Translations under genes and position numbers: made by a program
From: an uncultured Bacteroidota bacterium
GTDB lineage: Bacteria > Bacteroidota > Bacteroidia > AKYH767-A > JABDAW01
Direction: 5' to 3'
Assembly (NCBI GenBank): GCA_903911135.1
Contig: CAIWCG010000194.1
Location: 1 to 58,516, forward strand
DNA length: 58,516 bases
The notes under the pieces: generated by a model
Databases searched by the model: none
Seen by the model: the letters and a program-made list of their open reading frames with translations, nothing else
Told to the model about the DNA's origin: nothing
Shown here: piece after piece, positions 57,001 to 58,516 of the stretch
Layout of the letters: each line of letters opens with the position of its first letter
Position numbering within the stretch: the first letter of the stretch is position 1

Positions 57001-58516
57001 ATAGTGGTGGTCAAGGTGCAGCATCGGGTTATGGTACAGGGCAATCCGGTAGTTTAGGTCAAGGAGGATCAGCTTATCTTAATGCAAGTTGCTCAAATGG
57101 AATTGGCGGCGGCGGCGGCGGATATTATGGAGGAGGAGGATCAGCAGGAGGAAATTGTGGAGCAGGTCAAGGTGGTGGTGGTTCTTCTTGGACAGGTACT
57201 TTAATAAATCCGTCATTTAATGCAGGTATTCGATCTGGGGTAGGCTTAGCTATAATTTCTTGGGATGCCGTTAATTTCCCCATTGTAACATTGACATCCG
57301 GTTTGGATTCGGGGGCAATATTTCCTATCGGTACTACAACAAATATTTACACTGCTGTTGATGGTTCTGGAAATTCTTCCTCTTGTACATTTGACATTAC
57401 TGTTAGCAACAGTGCTTATGCAGTAATTACACCTGATGGTCCAACAACAATTTGTAACGGAAGTACAGTATCACTGGATGCAGGTAATTTTGCTTCTTAT
57501 TTATGGAATACGGGTGAAACTAATGAAATAATTATTGCTAGTACTACTGGTACTTATGCAGTAACTATTACAGATTATAATGGATGTACAGGAAGCGCAT
57601 CTCAAGATGTTCTCATTCATAATTCAGTTTCTCCTATTATTCATTCAAATTATAATTCAACCCATTGTGAAAGCACTTCATATCAACTTTATGCTCAAGA
57701 TCAAAATAATCAATGGTATCCTACATGCTTATGGAGTAATGGTGAAACAGGACATTATATTACGGCAAATACGAATGGTAACTATTGTGTAACAGTAACA
57801 GACCTGAATGGCTGCTCTAATACTTCATGTGTTGTGGTTTCTGTTATTCCTGTCGCAGTGATTACTCCAAGTCATCCGTTATGCGATGGCAATCCAGTTT
57901 CGTTTGATGCAGGAAATGGATATTCCGTATATTTTTGGAGCACAGGAGAAACAACAGAAGCCATTATTCCGAACCAAACCGAATGGTATTATGTAACAGT
58001 AACAAATGCACAAGGATGCACGGCATCGACCTCAATATATAATAATACGGTTTTTGATAGTACCGCCATCATTCAAGCGAGTGCATATCCTTGGGGAGGT
58101 CCGTATTATGATGTTTCACCAATATGCACCCGCACATCATATTATTTATATACAGAAAATCAAACAAATCAGTATTCATCCTATCTCTGGAGTACAGGTG
58201 AAACAGGATGGTATATTAGTGTTTCAACAAGTGGAATCTATAATGTAACAGTTACCGATGCCTTGGGATGCACAGGCGTTGCCAGTATAAATGTATCTGT
58301 AATACCCACGCCTACTATTGCTCCAAGTCATCCTTTATGTGATGGCAATCGAGTATCCTTTGACGCAGGTTTATATACATCATATATCTGGAATACCGGA
58401 GAAACAACAGAAGCCATTATTCCGAACCAAACCGAATGGTATTATGTAACAGTAACAAATGCACAAGGATGCACGGCATCGACCTCAATATATAATAATA
58501 CGGTTTTTGATAGTAC
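51042..58516 (+). CDS. Giant secreted surface protein (partial, runs off the window): IPT/TIG domain, then repeated HYR plus ALK-like glycine-rich modules, then Ig-like repeats
   Basis: I hand-translated the frame from the ATG at 51042 (in-frame TAA at 51015) and checked codon by codon over about 51042-53250 and 53802-54700; no stop. Signal peptide ..LLLFSANQSAAW. HYR pattern PP.I..CP.D....C...V.Y..PTA.D.C...GS.F..G.T....A.D..GN...C.F.V.V.D. Gly-rich blocks at about 52161-52845, 53801-54555, 55271-56010 and 56501-57270. Not in the ORF track because it has no stop in the window. Confidence 0.85.
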   Translation, partial: METTIYSTSNKGVTRSLMITMTFVLLLFSANQSAAWTQTYQISSSNQLLYCYSNCGPDSYYGASEGGDIGFTWNDNLGFGVNISSITIRFRVGMECNWGDKSTTMNGNYAGMFSTTDNCDCSLSIDPIFTLNPNPGDYVIGGANTFLVTNLQNNFGFFMDNDTLGGYAMITVEYTQSPFISSYSTNSACIGNNIIIHGTGLANVNSVMFFDNVAATILSTDATSVIVEVPSGATSGPITVSNPDGNYVGGDFYINGTAPIITCPNGQVLYSGQNDCQVEATFDGMTSDGVVTYIYNSNYISSPYFFPIGQNMVEMNVMTGNCNIACFFNISVLDTVLPILTPCPSDVVQACAGIISYETPTATDNCSISMAASVTYAYTGTQQSWTVPQGLTNIQVDLSGAQGGGTQFGSDGGAGGRVTATLPVNGGQILYIYVGGAPTDNSGGYNGGGGCYGNGYSGSGGGASDIRFDSPDLGNRRIVAGGGGGSGANCNSSDEWGGAGGDLIGQTGYQCGGNCCYTGTGGTQYSGGYDQYGYGASGAFGNGGNGIWDGGGGGGGFYGGGGGSYGGGGGGSSYTDPSAMNVVHTQDYQVGNGYVIINYNQAYPTVTQTSGLPSGSFFQANVTTNTFVASDQSGNTVACSFNVTIDDITPPVIAGCPDDIYLACPGVVDYFPPTASDDCDSVLVYQAGGLAPGSNFVNGATINTFIAMDATGNTSQCSFTVTVSDYTPPVIFDCPGDVVSSCPTTVDFNPPTASDDCNDVNIQQTIGYGSGYYYTSGVSVNTFVAIDGSGNTAECTFTVTISDVDAPEFTSCPTDITMACPDVVSYDIPTATDACIYLTIVQTSGLVSGSFFPNGITTNTFQATDGSGNTSVCTFNVSIDDSTPPEIAGCPADTVMSCPGIINFNMPTVSDNCTSSANGSITFSYTGIIENWMVPNGVPTVTITALGAQGGQSSGGSGGLGASMTGMVSVTSGESLKILVGHQGYYGTQGGGGGGSFVTDNSNNPLVIAGGGGGGYNGGSSSYSANANGSIYTQGNSGVYGSGNTYGGAGGTNGGGGNCSPQFGSSEGSGGGGLIGNGSNCYGTTGGYSFVNGGAGGSGNGSGGGGGFGGGGGGDWYYWTGGGGGGGYSGGGGGTYYGVGGGGGSFNAGTNQTNNAGVNPGNGLVIISWNNTYPMISQTSGSPSGTFIVANTTNTFTAIDGSGNTSICSFNITVNDNTPPVFANCPADIILSCPGNVDYITPTATDDCAIVNVEQTAGLPTGSYFANGVMINTFLATDAAGNTSVCTFSVTVSDYTPPVISNCPTDYVLSCPGVVEYTTPTASDDCIIVNIEQTVGLPTGSFFPNGVTINTFVATDGSDNTSECSFSVSINDNVPPVIANCPIDSVMSCPGIVNFNIPTVSDNCSSNINGSITFNYSGSIVSWIVPTGVTSVSVLALGGQGGSASGGVGGYGASIIGTFNVTPSDNIQILVGQQGGNNVVNQYYRGGGGGGGSFVYNSSSSTLMLAAGGGGGAGQYGYGSSVNSDASITTNGKSGYNGGFGGSSGNGGGASSYGSGGAGWNSNGNNSGYSTGGSRFHGGGSGGNGYSDGANGGFGGGGGSYAGAGGGGGYSGGGGGGWSYSGYGGGGGSYNGGTNPINTVGVNSGNGLVVISWSNVFPNITQTSGLASGSYFANGITTNTFIAEDGSGNTASCSFIITVNDVTPPELFNCPSDISVSCPGIIIFGSPIANDDCGVATVEQIIGLVSGTIFPSGTTEVMFRATDGSNNTSTCSFNVIVDVDNTPPTIVGCPSDLTVNCSNIVSFVPPTVTDNCNNISLSGGSQTFNYTGTIQHFTVPAGVTSVNLDAFGAQGVAVGMYSGNGGEAKGTMAVIPGQVLNVFVGGQNLFNGGGTGYHGANGGDATDIRYPSTSMNDRVIVAGGGGGAGGDNWICQSGVDGSGGGGIAVGQNFVGGSGGRGYAFCGTSGGTNGGTSGNSYHGGGAGGGGLNSGGQGAASGYGTGQSGSLGQGGSAYLNASCSNGIGGGGGGYYGGGGSAGGNCGAGQGGGGSSWTGTLINPSFNAGIRSGVGLAIISWDAVNFPIVTLTSGLDSGAIFPIGTTTNIYTAVDGSGNSSSCTFDITVSNSAYAVITPDGPTTICNGSTVSLDAGNFASYLWNTGETNEIIIASTTGTYAVTITDYNGCTGSASQDVLIHNSVSPIIHSNYNSTHCESTSYQLYAQDQNNQWYPTCLWSNGETGHYITANTNGNYCVTVTDLNGCSNTSCVVVSVIPVAVITPSHPLCDGNPVSFDAGNGYSVYFWSTGETTEAIIPNQTEWYYVTVTNAQGCTASTSIYNNTVFDSTAIIQASAYPWGGPYYDVSPICTRTSYYLYTENQTNQYSSYLWSTGETGWYISVSTSGIYNVTVTDALGCTGVASINVSVIPTPTIAPSHPLCDGNRVSFDAGLYTSYIWNTGETTEAIIPNQTEWYYVTVTNAQGCTASTSIYNNTVFDS
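57945..58516 (+). repeat. Intragenic direct repeat: 119 bp identical at 57945-58063 and 58398-58516 (453-bp spacing)
   Basis: GGAGAAACAACAGAAGCCATTATTCCGAACC...TTTTTGATAGTAC is identical in both places. The flanks are only loosely similar. Confidence 0.9.

Noticed and set aside
52438-57024. Many 60-184-aa ORFs on both strands between 51.9 and 57.8 kb (His-, Arg- or Val-rich)
   Set aside because: They are shadows of the GGN-rich and HYR-coding frame of the giant gene (51042 onward), which is the only frame giving domain-like sequence.

Overview
This window looks like a Bacteroidota chromosome segment. Support: several type IX secretion (T9SS) C-terminal sorting domains, TAnnTTTG-type -7 promoter boxes, A-rich leaders and a gliding-type giant adhesin. 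Most of it is a housekeeping backbone, largely on the minus strand: CapD-like dehydratase, MBOAT/AlgX-like pair, ppx-ppk1, LptF/G, tgt, a GT2 glycosyltransferase, an ECF-like sigma factor, rsmG, dnaB, mgtE, a 2-hydroxyacid dehydrogenase, waaA, tRNA-Cys and an SDR oxidoreductase. Four things stand out. (1) A ~5.4 kb AT-rich accessory island (about 42.8-48.1 kb) sits inside the 3' end of a small Cys/His-rich gene and is bounded by ~175-bp direct repeats. It is built from four gene cassettes, each ending in the same ~70-120-bp hairpin-plus-promoter junction repeat. The cassettes are a Septu-like PtuA/PtuB pair (PtuB apparently frameshifted), a solitary retropepsin-like protease, an MNT/HEPN toxin-antitoxin pair, and a 472-aa orphan. 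No integrase is visible in the window. (2) Eight intergenic tandem arrays have unrelated sequences but all have a 21-bp or 42-bp period, and most are built around a short palindrome. Three of them lie next to copies of a conserved GC-rich ~130-nt element (4 copies). (3) A giant secreted protein gene (51042 to the window end, more than 2490 aa) is missing from the ORF track because it runs off the window. It repeats a module of one ALK-like glycine-rich domain, apparently nested inside an HYR domain, plus three more HYR domains. (4) Three orphan genes share an FN3-like C-terminus, and two of them follow the arrays. I could run no database searches, so all family assignments come from motif recognition by eye.
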